Both the position numbers and the translations under genes were made by a program. A stretch of 64,000 bases of DNA from a virus: IMG/VR virus record IMGVR_UViG_3300021962_008382, positions 64,001 through 128,000 of that record; one strand, given 5' to 3'. The notes beneath the pieces were generated by a model. That model saw nothing but the letters and a program-made list of their open reading frames with translations. It was not told where the DNA came from and did not search any database. Of the stretch, positions 46,108-56,477 are shown piece after piece. How positions within the stretch are numbered: the stretch's first letter is position 1; each line of letters starts with the position of its first letter.

Positions 46108-48699
46108 TTAATAAGTGAATACGGATTTTATTGATATTGATTGATTTTCAGTGGGTGTAAATGCAAGGCGATTATCTATATAAATTATCTTGCCAGAATA
46201 TTTATCAACATCTGGAGTAGTTATATCAGTAGCGAACACCGTATTACCTAAGTAAGTAAACGTATCGTTAGCTGCTGGGGCTTTATCTTCTAACGGTGTA
46301 AGCAGCATAGCATTATTTTCTGAGGTAATAATTTTAAATGTTGCACCATCGGACACTCTGCTTATAATTGCATCTTCCGTGAATACAGATGTGTTAACGT
46401 TACCAGAAACTAACCAGCAAGCTGAGCCGGTAATGTTATTAAAAAATCCAGTATCGCCGTAGCGACGCATATCTTTAATAAGACCAATTTGTCGAAAATC
46501 GTTCGTTACAACTAAACCCTGATTTTTATCAGTACCTATTGTTGTATAGAAAGCAAGCGATCTCGCGTGGAGTTCTGATACTGGATCTCTACCGTGACCG
46601 TAGTATGGGGCAATTATAGGTCTTGCCGCAGCGCCTGCACCTGTAGTATTAGAGGTAATAACTACATCTGCTTCAGTGTAGTTTTGCCCTTCAGTCAGTA
46701 CATTTATTTTAGTTACCCTTCCGTTGATTACTGTTGCATTTGCGGTACATCCCGTACCATTACCATTCACTGTAACAGTTACGTTACCCGGGTAGTTATA
46801 TCCTTGTGATACAACTTTAATAGCATGAATAGCACCCGGTACGGCTAATATTTCGCTCGTTGCTTGTACGGAATCAACATCACCTTCAACAAAGGATACC
46901 TCGAATTCAGCGTTATCACCATCCCCTTCTGCAGTTACTGATGCGTAAGTATAACCTATACCACCATCTTGTATCTGAAAATTAACTATTTTACCCCCAT
47001 CAACAACAGGGTAAATAATAGCTTCTGATTTTTCTCCTCTCAACACCGCTGTTGCGTTAGAGCCAGCTCCGGTGATGGTAACGTTTGGTATACGATTGTA
47101 TCCTGAGCCGTACTTTAAAGTGGCTGTTGCGGTTGCTCTAAACCCAGCATACGCTAAGTTAGCTGTTCCGAATGTCTGAGTACCTGTAGTATGTGTTGGC
47201 GGGGTTGCATTAGCAGTTCCCCCTGCTGTGCAGGTGTACAACCTTGTGTTGTAATATACCTGTGTGTTTATATCTAAGTTAGCATTAGCTACCCAACCGC
47301 TTCCTATCACAACTGTAGGTGCAGTAGTAAAATCTTTACCGCTGCTAACCATTACAACTCTGCCTACAGAATTACCATTCAACGTAGTAATAGCAGATGC
47401 CCCGGTACCTCCTCCCCCTGATATAGTAACATTAGGAGCATCAAGATACCCCGATCCACCTTCGCTTAGAGTAATATAACTAACAGCCCCGTTTAAATCT
47501 TTAAGTGTATCGATAGTACCAGCAGCTGTAACGTTAGCATTAGCAGTGAATGTTGTAGCTCTGTATTTTAATCCTACGGTTCCATTGCTTGTTGTACCAC
47601 GAGTATGTACGGGGCCAGATGCACCTGATATGCCAGATTTTACAACTTCGTAAATGTTGTTTTGAAAATTTAAATACTGACCTGTAAAGTATGTATTTGA
47701 TGATAACCAGTTTGTTGTACCTGAAATAGGGGGTTCTATAGTTACTGTAGTATTACCAGAGTAATACCCACTACCAGCATTCTCGACAACGGCTTGAATA
47801 ATAACACATGGATTATCTTCCTGATAACCATCACCTACAACTACCAGGGAAGCATATGTATAGTTATCCCCGGAATTAATTATATTAATTTTTCTAATTT
47901 CCCCGCTAGAATAAAATTGATCGCTAAGCGATGTTTTAACCGGCATTTTTGTTGCGGATAAAAACTTACTCTGTAAGGACAGGGGAATCGTACCTATAAA
48001 TTTCCATTTGTACCCGTCGCTGAGTGTAAACGGTTCAGGTTGAGTGGAGATAGGCTTAACTGTTGACAGTGAATCATTGTTGTTGTTTAGACATTTGTAG
48101 ATATGATAATCTTCAGTTAATACATAGAAGTTTGCGTCTTGTATAGTATTAGCGCCAGAGTAAGAATACCCTAAAACCGCGTTAGCTAGAGCACCGGACC
48201 CGTAAGTATCTGTTATGTTAATACTAATATTAGCAACATTATTTGTATAACCATATCCATTATTAAGCATCGTTATCGCAGTTATCACACCGTCTGTAAT
48301 CGTAAGATTAGCAGTCGCACCTATACCGTTGCCCCCGGTAATAGATATAGCAGTATTAGCGCTATAATTTGATCCACCGTTTATTAAATTAATACCTATA
48401 ATTTGATCTGAGCATTGATCATCATACATATCATAAACAGTATTAGCGGTCCAATTAACCCGGTCAACGACATAGCTAACATCCCCCGGTTGCACCTGCT
48501 TTACTGAAACTATTCTTCGGCGAACGTATTGTTCGTATGAAGGTGAATCAACCGGGGTAGGGGGATTATCTGGATCATCCCACTCAACTACTTGACCAAT
48601 AAAATAGAAGTACTTACCTGCTCTCGAGGTAACTTCGTCATAAACAGCATCTGCTACTGTTGTAAATAGCAGTGGTTTAGTTAGAGTGGTAGATGACAT
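46108..48699 (-). CDS. gp8: baseplate wedge subunit gp8-like with inserted beta-repeat domains
   Basis: NWTANTVYDMYDD, FYVLT..YKCL.N, DGYKWKF, GHG.DPV.EL, NDFRQIGL, YSGKIIYIDNR. Confidence 0.8.
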   Translation of the reverse strand: MSSTTLTKPLLFTTVADAVYDEVTSRAGKYFYFIGQVVEWDDPDNPPTPVDSPSYEQYVRRRIVSVKQVQPGDVSYVVDRVNWTANTVYDMYDDQCSDQIIGINLINGGSNYSANTAISITGGNGIGATANLTITDGVITAITMLNNGYGYTNNVANISINITDTYGSGALANAVLGYSYSGANTIQDANFYVLTEDYHIYKCLNNNNDSLSTVKPISTQPEPFTLSDGYKWKFIGTIPLSLQSKFLSATKMPVKTSLSDQFYSSGEIRKINIINSGDNYTYASLVVVGDGYQEDNPCVIIQAVVENAGSGYYSGNTTVTIEPPISGTTNWLSSNTYFTGQYLNFQNNIYEVVKSGISGASGPVHTRGTTSNGTVGLKYRATTFTANANVTAAGTIDTLKDLNGAVSYITLSEGGSGYLDAPNVTISGGGGTGASAITTLNGNSVGRVVMVSSGKDFTTAPTVVIGSGWVANANLDINTQVYYNTRLYTCTAGGTANATPPTHTTGTQTFGTANLAYAGFRATATATLKYGSGYNRIPNVTITGAGSNATAVLRGEKSEAIIYPVVDGGKIVNFQIQDGGIGYTYASVTAEGDGDNAEFEVSFVEGDVDSVQATSEILAVPGAIHAIKVVSQGYNYPGNVTVTVNGNGTGCTANATVINGRVTKINVLTEGQNYTEADVVITSNTTGAGAAARPIIAPYYGHGRDPVSELHARSLAFYTTIGTDKNQGLVVTNDFRQIGLIKDMRRYGDTGFFNNITGSACWLVSGNVNTSVFTEDAIISRVSDGATFKIITSENNAMLLTPLEDKAPAANDTFTYLGNTVFATDITTPDVDKYSGKIIYIDNRLAFTPTENQSISIKSVFTY

Positions 48700-48700
48700 G

Positions 48701-49165
48701 TTATACTATCGAGATCGTCCAGGTAATCGTAATAGCATCACTTGCAGATTTATTAATTACGGGGAACACAGTTCTACACAACATTGAACCCGTGGTACCA
48801 TTGTTAAAAATGCCAGCCTCAGCAAGCGCACCTGTACCTGTACCTGCAGGATAAGATGCAGAATACGAAATAGTATTTGATGATGGGGAACCACCCGCAA
48901 CCGTTAGTGCCACTCTAGCAAGCTCAGTTTCTAGAGTTGTATTGCCAACTACAGGTGATGTATTACCAGTTCCTACTGCCATATGGCTCATAACAGCAGC
49001 GGTATTACCTGCTAGGCGAGCGGCAATTACCGACTTACCTGCAGTAACCACAAGATTCTTGTGATGGTACTCTTCTCTCGCACCATCAACTTCTGATGTC
49101 TTTACAACAATTAAATCGCCAACAACTTTTAGATTGTTGGAAATATCTTCATTAAAGGTTAGCAT
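48701..49165 (-). CDS. virion structural protein
   Basis: NLVVTAGK...MAVGTG...L.TELAR...EAGIFN...R.VF.VINK tail-associated motif. Confidence 0.7.
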   Translation of the reverse strand: MLTFNEDISNNLKVVGDLIVVKTSEVDGAREEYHHKNLVVTAGKSVIAARLAGNTAAVMSHMAVGTGNTSPVVGNTTLETELARVALTVAGGSPSSNTISYSASYPAGTGTGALAEAGIFNNGTTGSMLCRTVFPVINKSASDAITITWTISIV

Positions 49166-49190
49166 TAGTTTCTCCTACGGGATATTCTAT

Positions 49191-49198
49191 TATTTATA
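49191..49198 (-). promoter_or_regulatory. late promoter TATAAATA
   Basis: Exact consensus upstream of RBS AGGAG and ATG 49165. Confidence 0.8.
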
Positions 49199-49203
49199 AT
49201 AAA

Positions 49204-50880
49204 CTACGATACAGTTATATCTATTTCATCGCTGAAAGATATAAAGCTTGCACTTAGATTTTCAACATAGTCTTCTAAGAAATACTCTGAAGCATACGGT
49301 GCTTCAGTTGTAATGAAATTTAACGATATATCCAACGATAACGAATCAGTAATAGAAATATTGCTTTCTATATTACTAGAGATTTCTAAAACATGAAAAT
49401 CGGATACGGTTGTGTTACTGGCTTGAACTGCCCCGTACAGATAGGTAAAGTTATCATTTGGTGTAGTATTGTCCGATAAGATCTTAGACATACTATATTG
49501 AAGAGAGTCAACAGCAGAATAAGAGTCTGTAAGTATACTTCTTAAGAAGTTAACAGTTGACGCTATTTCAGTAATAACGTTGAAATTAGATTCAAGGACT
49601 AACTCACCAAACATTCGTGTACCTGCAGGATGAATAATATCCATCACTGCTTTTTTGTATTTTTCTAACCGTTCGTCTATACGGAGAACATAAGAATACG
49701 GTTGATAATAGGCATCGTCCTCAAGATACATAACATCACTTAAGAAGCCATCTGTAGTATCATAATGACCTGGATAATTAATTACTGAGCCAAGCTCTAC
49801 GAATATGGAAGCGTCAGATAATGAGCCAAGAGATGTTGATCCTAGATCTGATATGGCTGTAGAAGTTACAAAGTCTCTTAATAAAGTACCAGTAAAATCT
49901 TCAGCGAAATAACTTAGAGCATAATTACCTTCTAGTGATACTGTACCACGATCTACAAAACCTCTAGTGCTATCTGTAATAGTAGCTGCACCACCAATGA
50001 AGGTAAAGGTTGTAGATGCGGGCGCACGCGTAGAAGAGGTAAAGAAATTATAAAAATCACTAGTGTATCCTATACCAGAACTTACTAGCTGTACGTTTAC
50101 AATACCCCCACCAGTAGATATTTTAGTTACTTTAATTCTTGTGGTATTACCTGCACCGGCTTCTAAAGTAAAAACATCGCCCACTCTGAAGCCTGTCCCG
50201 GGGTTTGAAATTGTAAACTTATTAGGTACAGCGATTACAATCCCTTTATAATTAGGGGCTTCAACTCTATCCCCTACATTAATTGGAACGTTCTGTCTAT
50301 TATCAATAAAAAATTCAAATATATCTTCACTTATACCGGCAAGAGAAGAGCATATATCTTTTTCTTGAACAAATAAAGTATACTGAGATGTATCCGATGT
50401 AATTAGTACGTTTTTATCTAAGATTGTATCAGGATTACCGTATACAGTTTGGAGAAAAATTGAACTTCTTTGAATCCATTTGCCGTCAGATGCTCTAAGT
50501 ATTTGATTAGACGGGTAATAAACTTCTACCTCTTTATCAAATAATAATCTAAAAAGTAAATGAAAACCTTTTTCGGTACCTTTACTTGTATACAGATCTT
50601 TTATTTTTTTAACTAAAACTTTCTTATCTAAGGAGGCAATTCTAGGTATATCGTCGCAGTACTGTCTTTGAAAATTCTCTATAAAGCTAGTTATAGTTCT
50701 ATCAACATCATTATATGAAAGAGCGTTTTGTAAAACTTCTTGTGCACCGCTATCTTGCTCTAAAAACTTATAGTATGCTTCTACGAAAGCAACAAATGTA
50801 GGAAAGTCGCTCTGTACAAACTCAGGTACTTGATTGCTAACTATCGCTGATAGTTTTTCTGTTATTCTAGTCGTGGTCAT
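49204..50880 (-). CDS. gp7: baseplate wedge initiator gp7-like
   Basis: QVPEFV..FVEAYYKFLE; LYTSKGTE..F.LLF; SDGKW; YYQPYSYV; HPAGTRMFG. Confidence 0.8.
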   Translation of the reverse strand: MTTTRITEKLSAIVSNQVPEFVQSDFPTFVAFVEAYYKFLEQDSGAQEVLQNALSYNDVDRTITSFIENFQRQYCDDIPRIASLDKKVLVKKIKDLYTSKGTEKGFHLLFRLLFDKEVEVYYPSNQILRASDGKWIQRSSIFLQTVYGNPDTILDKNVLITSDTSQYTLFVQEKDICSSLAGISEDIFEFFIDNRQNVPINVGDRVEAPNYKGIVIAVPNKFTISNPGTGFRVGDVFTLEAGAGNTTRIKVTKISTGGGIVNVQLVSSGIGYTSDFYNFFTSSTRAPASTTFTFIGGAATITDSTRGFVDRGTVSLEGNYALSYFAEDFTGTLLRDFVTSTAISDLGSTSLGSLSDASIFVELGSVINYPGHYDTTDGFLSDVMYLEDDAYYQPYSYVLRIDERLEKYKKAVMDIIHPAGTRMFGELVLESNFNVITEIASTVNFLRSILTDSYSAVDSLQYSMSKILSDNTTPNDNFTYLYGAVQASNTTVSDFHVLEISSNIESNISITDSLSLDISLNFITTEAPYASEYFLEDYVENLSASFISFSDEIDITVS

Positions 50881-52721
50881 GAAATAGCAGTAATGTTAAT
50901 AGTTAGACCGGCAGTTCTATTAGCTGGGATACTCTTTGTACTATTATCATAAGTTACGATTTGATTACGAGTAGCGATAATATTATAACTATCTTTCTGA
51001 AGATCTACGTTAAATCTTACATCAAATTGACCGGCTGGATAACCTATAGGTATAATATCATTTATAACAATTTCACCCAGTCTATAATTGATTGTACCTA
51101 CAGCACCAAGATCTACATCTGTAAGGAAGTTATATAATCGAAGAGTACCGGTGCCATTAAGATCTGGCGGCATTGAGTCTGGCAGGTCTCTTATAATTAC
51201 CCCAACACTTTCGCCCAGATAAGATACGTAGAATAGAGTTGACGTGAGCGTACCAGGTTGTAGTTTGTTACTGAATTTAAGTTTAGAATCACTTAGGTAG
51301 GAGTTGGAAACGTTGAGAACTGGTTGTATTCTTTTTTGTAACTCTATTTGAGCAACTGCACTAATTATTGATGTATTAACAGCCAAAACTTTATTAATAA
51401 GCTGAGAATAGTAGAACGGTGTTTCAAACTCTTGAAGTGTATTTGTAAAATAATTTATTACAGCTGTATTTACTAAGCTACTTATCTGAGCAGCTGTTGA
51501 TGTTGTTCTATTCTTGTTATAAGAAACATCGACGGTCAAACCAACGTACGTGTAATCTGGATCTACAAATTCTGGAAATACTGTAAGAACTTGTCTTTCT
51601 TTTAATAAGGTATTTTTAATAGACTGCTTAGTAGCTTCATTAATTACATACCCTTCGTACGGTTTAAGAGATATAAAAACTTTGCCGTAAATAGGAGGGT
51701 CGTTATCTTCACCGCCCCAGACCGATACAGCTTCTACCTGCGGATAAGAGGCTTTAATTATCGAAGAATAGTCATTTTTAGTTACAGCTCTATCCATAGA
51801 CAGATAGGCTCTTGGTGCATTAAACTTAATCGAGGTAATGCTCTCTTTAGCAGATCCGTTAGTAGAATTGCTTACAGTTGTAATAGCGATATCGTTTGAT
51901 CCCCCTATCGCACCACCTGACTGAAACGTCTGGGCAATATTACCTGATACATTAGTTTCTGCACCAACTGAAACTAGATATTTAATTGTTATAATATTAC
52001 CCGCAGTTAGTTTCTTACCTATTATTCCATCACCAAAATAAATCTGATACTTACCTAATGGGTTTTCTTCTAGGAAATATACCGTTGAAGCGCTATCTAC
52101 ATCTACGATTGTATTTGAATTAGTATACGTGGTAGTTGTAGTATCTGAAGTAGAAGTCTGTACGGTAACTAACATTGTAGTTGTATCGACGTCAACGTTA
52201 GGTATTTCATACTTCTCGTCTGGACCCGGCGCAACGACCGTAAAGGAATACTGAAGTAACGTTCCCTGCTTAACAGTAATATTATCAAACAAATAAACCC
52301 CGTTTGATGGGGTTATTGTATACGCTTGAGTTGTTAAGAATGTATATTGCGAGCTATTAATCGTCGTAGTAAACGGTGAGTAGATAGGTAATGTTAAAGA
52401 TGTAGGTAGGTTAACTGGATTATTAACTGTGACGTCTAGAACGGCAGTTGAGCCTACGATTGATCTAGGTGTATACCCGAGATGCTTAGCTATTGAAACA
52501 GCAGATGATCTTTTAACAGCTGAATCTAAAAACATCTCATTAACTAACATATTAGCTAAGTATGCGTTATAATGAGTATTATAAGCAAGCAGATCGATAA
52601 GAACCGATAGACCAGACCCTTCAAAATCGTAATCTGTAAATTCATTTTGAGCATTCAGAAATGTCTTTAAATTAGTTTTGATTGTATCAAAATCTAACTC
52701 TGTAATTCTCAGATTAGCCAT
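50877..52721 (-). CDS. gp6: baseplate wedge subunit
   Basis: LDFDTIK, DYDFEGSGL, LAYNTHYNA, FGDGIIGK, RAVT..DY, WGGEDN.PP.YGKVFI. Confidence 0.95.
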   Translation of the reverse strand: MANLRITELDFDTIKTNLKTFLNAQNEFTDYDFEGSGLSVLIDLLAYNTHYNAYLANMLVNEMFLDSAVKRSSAVSIAKHLGYTPRSIVGSTAVLDVTVNNPVNLPTSLTLPIYSPFTTTINSSQYTFLTTQAYTITPSNGVYLFDNITVKQGTLLQYSFTVVAPGPDEKYEIPNVDVDTTTMLVTVQTSTSDTTTTTYTNSNTIVDVDSASTVYFLEENPLGKYQIYFGDGIIGKKLTAGNIITIKYLVSVGAETNVSGNIAQTFQSGGAIGGSNDIAITTVSNSTNGSAKESITSIKFNAPRAYLSMDRAVTKNDYSSIIKASYPQVEAVSVWGGEDNDPPIYGKVFISLKPYEGYVINEATKQSIKNTLLKERQVLTVFPEFVDPDYTYVGLTVDVSYNKNRTTSTAAQISSLVNTAVINYFTNTLQEFETPFYYSQLINKVLAVNTSIISAVAQIELQKRIQPVLNVSNSYLSDSKLKFSNKLQPGTLTSTLFYVSYLGESVGVIIRDLPDSMPPDLNGTGTLRLYNFLTDVDLGAVGTINYRLGEIVINDIIPIGYPAGQFDVRFNVDLQKDSYNIIATRNQIVTYDNSTKSIPANRTAGLTINITAIS

Positions 52722-53114
52722 TTATCGGATTCTCGTTAATGCAGTCTTTACGGTTATCGGTCTTTCATTATTTACTGTTCGAAATACTACCTCTACCTCT
52801 ATACCATTTTCATCTACCTGCTCATCTATATTAACTTCTAGAACTATAACTCTAGGTTCGAATTTTGCAAGCACATCGAATATAGTTCTTCTCATAACAG
52901 AAACAGTAATCGGTGAGAAGTTTTCAAAGAGAAGAGAATATATTTGACAACCTATCTCTGGATGAAACGGTCTTTCATAATGCTGAGTCGATATCAAGTT
53001 TCGTACCGACTGTTTTATAGCTTCTTCATCATACTTTAAAACAACATCTCCTGTCGAAGGATGTTGTGTAAAGCTTAATCCTAAATCAGAAAATTGTCTG
53101 GATGATCTTGCCAT
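52722..53114 (-). CDS. gp25: baseplate wedge subunit / sheath initiator
   Basis: AIKQSVRNL, ERPFHPEIG, FEPRV motifs. Confidence 0.93.
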   Translation of the reverse strand: MARSSRQFSDLGLSFTQHPSTGDVVLKYDEEAIKQSVRNLISTQHYERPFHPEIGCQIYSLLFENFSPITVSVMRRTIFDVLAKFEPRVIVLEVNIDEQVDENGIEVEVVFRTVNNERPITVKTALTRIR

Positions 53115-53128
53115 ATGCTTTTCTATAG

Positions 53129-53136
53129 TATTTATG
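53129..53136 (-). promoter_or_regulatory. late promoter CATAAATA for gp25
   Basis: TATTTATG on + strand overlapping upstream stop. Confidence 0.5.
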
Positions 53137-55366
53137 CCAGTTTGGATAGACCATCACTGTGTTTTCTATTGTTCCAGAACGTCATAACTTGCTTTCGATT
53201 GTTTTCCCCTTTATAGGAGATATGAATCCAAGGGGTATTCGAATAGCTGGTATATTCCAATATTAACTGATCGTAGTTTAATACTCGTGCTAGGCGTTTA
53301 GCTATATTAAAATAATCAGATGGTTTATAACCTAAGAATTGAATATCTACACATGAACCGAATGGGTGTTCTGAGTTGATAGAACTTATGTCTTTAGACC
53401 GATAACCAGAAGCTATAATAAGACTAGGGAATAAACTAGCCGCTGGTTCCAAGATATTAAGTGCTACCTGTTGCAGATTATAATAAATCTGACCAGAATT
53501 TTCTGATTGAGGTATTCTGCTTCTAACAAGGGACGCTTTAGCAGATAACATATCAACTGTAAAGCTAGATGACAAGAAGAAGTTACCTGGTAGGGGATTT
53601 TTTGAGAGCAGGGATTCAGATGCAGTAATCAATTTACTCTGCTGGCTTTGTATTGAGGCAGTCTCAATAACTTTAGGCTGCCTTTCAAAGTCAACTATCG
53701 AGGATAGTCCTGAGAGTACAATAAGACTCTTATGATTATCATATTCACCTTCTGCGGCTAAATCTTCCTCTAATCTTAAAGCGTAAGGATCTGCTATTGT
53801 GGGAACAACGGGATCATCAATTTCTACCGGATCAATATCTTTTCTACCATCAAGTACACCAAACTTTGATCTTCCAGCGGTAGCTGCGATAGGGCCCTGA
53901 GGTTTTATCGAGGTACCTACGTTTTCGTTTATTAATGGTGAATCAATATTAAATGTTTGAGCTGCTGTAAAATAAAAATTACCAGCTGTATTACCATACC
54001 TGTCGTTACCAATTTGCTCATGTAAATCAAGTACAGTACGAATGTAGTTGTACACACTATATGTGTACATATAAAAGGACTTAATGTTTAAATTCTCATC
54101 TGCGAGCATATTCAAGTCTTTATTTGAATATAAATTCAACGCAACATTAGCTTCTATATTAACATTGCTGCTAGAAATATTAAACTCTTCTGCTGCTGAA
54201 AGATTAAACTTACCCCCTGCAGCTGCTGATATATCATTATGACAAGTAATGCTTGTATTACCTTCTACTTCAATATTAGCATCGGTACCTACGTAGATAT
54301 TACATCCTCCGTTAACTGAAATATCAGCTTTACCAGAGATAGCAATCTTACCGTTGCGATCAATAATTTCATAAGAAGAACCTGTAGTGCGCTTAGTTAC
54401 TGAGCCACTTGCATCAATTTCGACAAAGGTACCTGATCTATGGTAGATATGAAGTCGTTCAGAACCAGGAGTATCATCCATTTCAATAATATGACCCCTT
54501 TCAGTCTGTATTACTTTATTGAAAGGATACTCACCCACGAATGGAGAAAGAGGTTGACTCCAAGATTCTTCACCAGGTAGTTTAGCACCTTGCATTCTAT
54601 TTAAATTTTTCTTTTGAACTATAGTACCTCTAATATCACCAACAGCTAGCTTATTAACATCAGTTAAGCCTTGGTATTCTTTAGTAGGATAGGTACCTGT
54701 AGGGTCCACAAAGCCTAAAGAGGTGGTTGAGACAATGTTTGTATTTTCTACGTTGTCAGTATTATACGTCTCAGATTTAGAAAGTTCATTATTTACGGTT
54801 TGATCAGAATAATTTTGTGTAGCTGTCTCTACAAGATTATCACGATCTTGCTCTGCTGCTTCTGCTGCGGATGTCTCGACCGCGTCTTTAACTTTTTTTG
54901 GTTTAAATAATCCGGATATAGCCGAGAATAGCGAAGAGACTATAGAAGACTTAACTGAGCTACTTAAACTACCAGCAAGAGCTTCAATATTAAGTATTGA
55001 AGCTTTATCTGTAGGTAACGCGTTAATCAACTCACCTTGCAGCTTATTTGCAAATTTAGATGTGATATCATCAACTAGTTGATTTTGTATCTCGGTTTTA
55101 AGGGTATTAGTTAATTCACTGGATGAAAAGTTACCAGCTACAATGTCTACTGGATTCGAAGTTCCTATTAGATTATTTTTTACATCATTAATTGTCTGGT
55201 TAGTAGACCTATTAACACTCTGTACAAGTTCATTAGAAATTTCTTGCGAAACTTTGCCCGCGATATTATTAGCATTTGTATTATCAAGACCTGTTGCATC
55301 TATAATCGCTTGTGATGCAGATGTCTTAAGCTCTTCGTTTACTTGTGATTGTATATTAGTCGTCAT
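53132..55366 (-). CDS. gp5 C-terminal part (beta-helix spike) with C-terminal M15-like peptidase
   Basis: YPFNKV..TERGHIIEMDDTPGSERLHIYHRSGTFVEI plus beta-helix repeats; C-terminal SGYRS..SEH..G..VDI..DQLILE..WIHISY. Confidence 0.8.
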   Translation of the reverse strand: MTTNIQSQVNEELKTSASQAIIDATGLDNTNANNIAGKVSQEISNELVQSVNRSTNQTINDVKNNLIGTSNPVDIVAGNFSSSELTNTLKTEIQNQLVDDITSKFANKLQGELINALPTDKASILNIEALAGSLSSSVKSSIVSSLFSAISGLFKPKKVKDAVETSAAEAAEQDRDNLVETATQNYSDQTVNNELSKSETYNTDNVENTNIVSTTSLGFVDPTGTYPTKEYQGLTDVNKLAVGDIRGTIVQKKNLNRMQGAKLPGEESWSQPLSPFVGEYPFNKVIQTERGHIIEMDDTPGSERLHIYHRSGTFVEIDASGSVTKRTTGSSYEIIDRNGKIAISGKADISVNGGCNIYVGTDANIEVEGNTSITCHNDISAAAGGKFNLSAAEEFNISSSNVNIEANVALNLYSNKDLNMLADENLNIKSFYMYTYSVYNYIRTVLDLHEQIGNDRYGNTAGNFYFTAAQTFNIDSPLINENVGTSIKPQGPIAATAGRSKFGVLDGRKDIDPVEIDDPVVPTIADPYALRLEEDLAAEGEYDNHKSLIVLSGLSSIVDFERQPKVIETASIQSQQSKLITASESLLSKNPLPGNFFLSSSFTVDMLSAKASLVRSRIPQSENSGQIYYNLQQVALNILEPAASLFPSLIIASGYRSKDISSINSEHPFGSCVDIQFLGYKPSDYFNIAKRLARVLNYDQLILEYTSYSNTPWIHISYKGENNRKQVMTFWNNRKHSDGLSKLA

Positions 55367-55367
55367 G

Positions 55368-56477
55368 TTACGCTGTTGTTACCAAGTTTAATAGACTGCT
55401 TTCTTCAGAACTAAATCGATTTTTAACACTATTTCTTAAATCAGCGGAACTAGACGCAAAGTGCGTAGATACTGACGACACTTTATATGCACTTACCAAT
55501 CTAATTATATCTGAATCTGAAAGATTTGTTTTATTTTTAAGCGGATTTAAAAAAATACTTACAGCGCTAGAACCGGGACCATACTGAACTGCAGTCGACC
55601 AGATCAGATCTTGTACGCCGGGACCACGCCTAGAAAGATCACAACCCTGTCTTTGTAAATTAGAAAGCAGAACTGAATAGTAAGTTTCTTTTATAAAGTT
55701 ATACTGTTCAGTTTCAAACTGTGTACCATATTCAGCTGCAATTTCTCTCCACTTAGCATCGAATGCCGGGGTACCAGGGGCAAGAGATTTAAATTTATCT
55801 TTAAATGAACTCCAATTAAGAAATTGAACAACAGGCGGGAAGTGAGCTGTTCTTCTTGATTTTCCGCTTTTCATTATAGCGGGTTGATACGAAACCAGCT
55901 GATATGTACCATATGATGCACCGCCTGGGTCATTTCCTGCACCTCCTCTATAATCATTAATAGCAGAAGGACCTCTATTACCCGACTCATATTGCTTAGA
56001 AGTTTGACCAAGTACCCATCCGTCTACCGGTGTAGTAGCTGCAGGCACAGGTACATCATCTTCATCCGTTACTGCTTCATTGGTGTTCTCATCGATAAGT
56101 ACCCCTGTATCAGCATTACTGACCTGCTGACGTGATGCTGGGGCTGGGAATGCGACCGCTGTACCAGGTATCTTAGAAGCAATTGTACCAAACATTGCTG
56201 GTTGCTGACCATCGGCACCGTCGAGAAAGAAGCCGACAACCCAGGTACCTTCTACAGGACCAAGAGGAGAAATACCTATACCTGAAATAGCAGCAGACGT
56301 TATTGGTTGGATAGGTATACACCAGGGGAGGTCGTATGTAGGTAGTAAGGTCTTATTCTCGGTATGGTAACCGAATATTCTTACCTTACAGCGACCTAAT
56401 TTTTCCGGGTCGTATCTGTCCTCTACGACCCCAACCCACCACACAAAACCGTCTTTATTAAAAATATTTTGTATCAT
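55368..56477 (-). CDS. gp5: gp5 N-terminal OB-fold part with lysozyme-like domain
   Basis: WWVGVVEDRYDP..LGRCKVRIFGYH, LPW, GTWVVGFFLDG; second domain YESG...DPGGASYGTYQL...WSTAVQYG. Confidence 0.82.
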   Translation of the reverse strand: MIQNIFNKDGFVWWVGVVEDRYDPEKLGRCKVRIFGYHTENKTLLPTYDLPWCIPIQPITSAAISGIGISPLGPVEGTWVVGFFLDGADGQQPAMFGTIASKIPGTAVAFPAPASRQQVSNADTGVLIDENTNEAVTDEDDVPVPAATTPVDGWVLGQTSKQYESGNRGPSAINDYRGGAGNDPGGASYGTYQLVSYQPAIMKSGKSRRTAHFPPVVQFLNWSSFKDKFKSLAPGTPAFDAKWREIAAEYGTQFETEQYNFIKETYYSVLLSNLQRQGCDLSRRGPGVQDLIWSTAVQYGPGSSAVSIFLNPLKNKTNLSDSDIIRLVSAYKVSSVSTHFASSSADLRNSVKNRFSSEESSLLNLVTTA

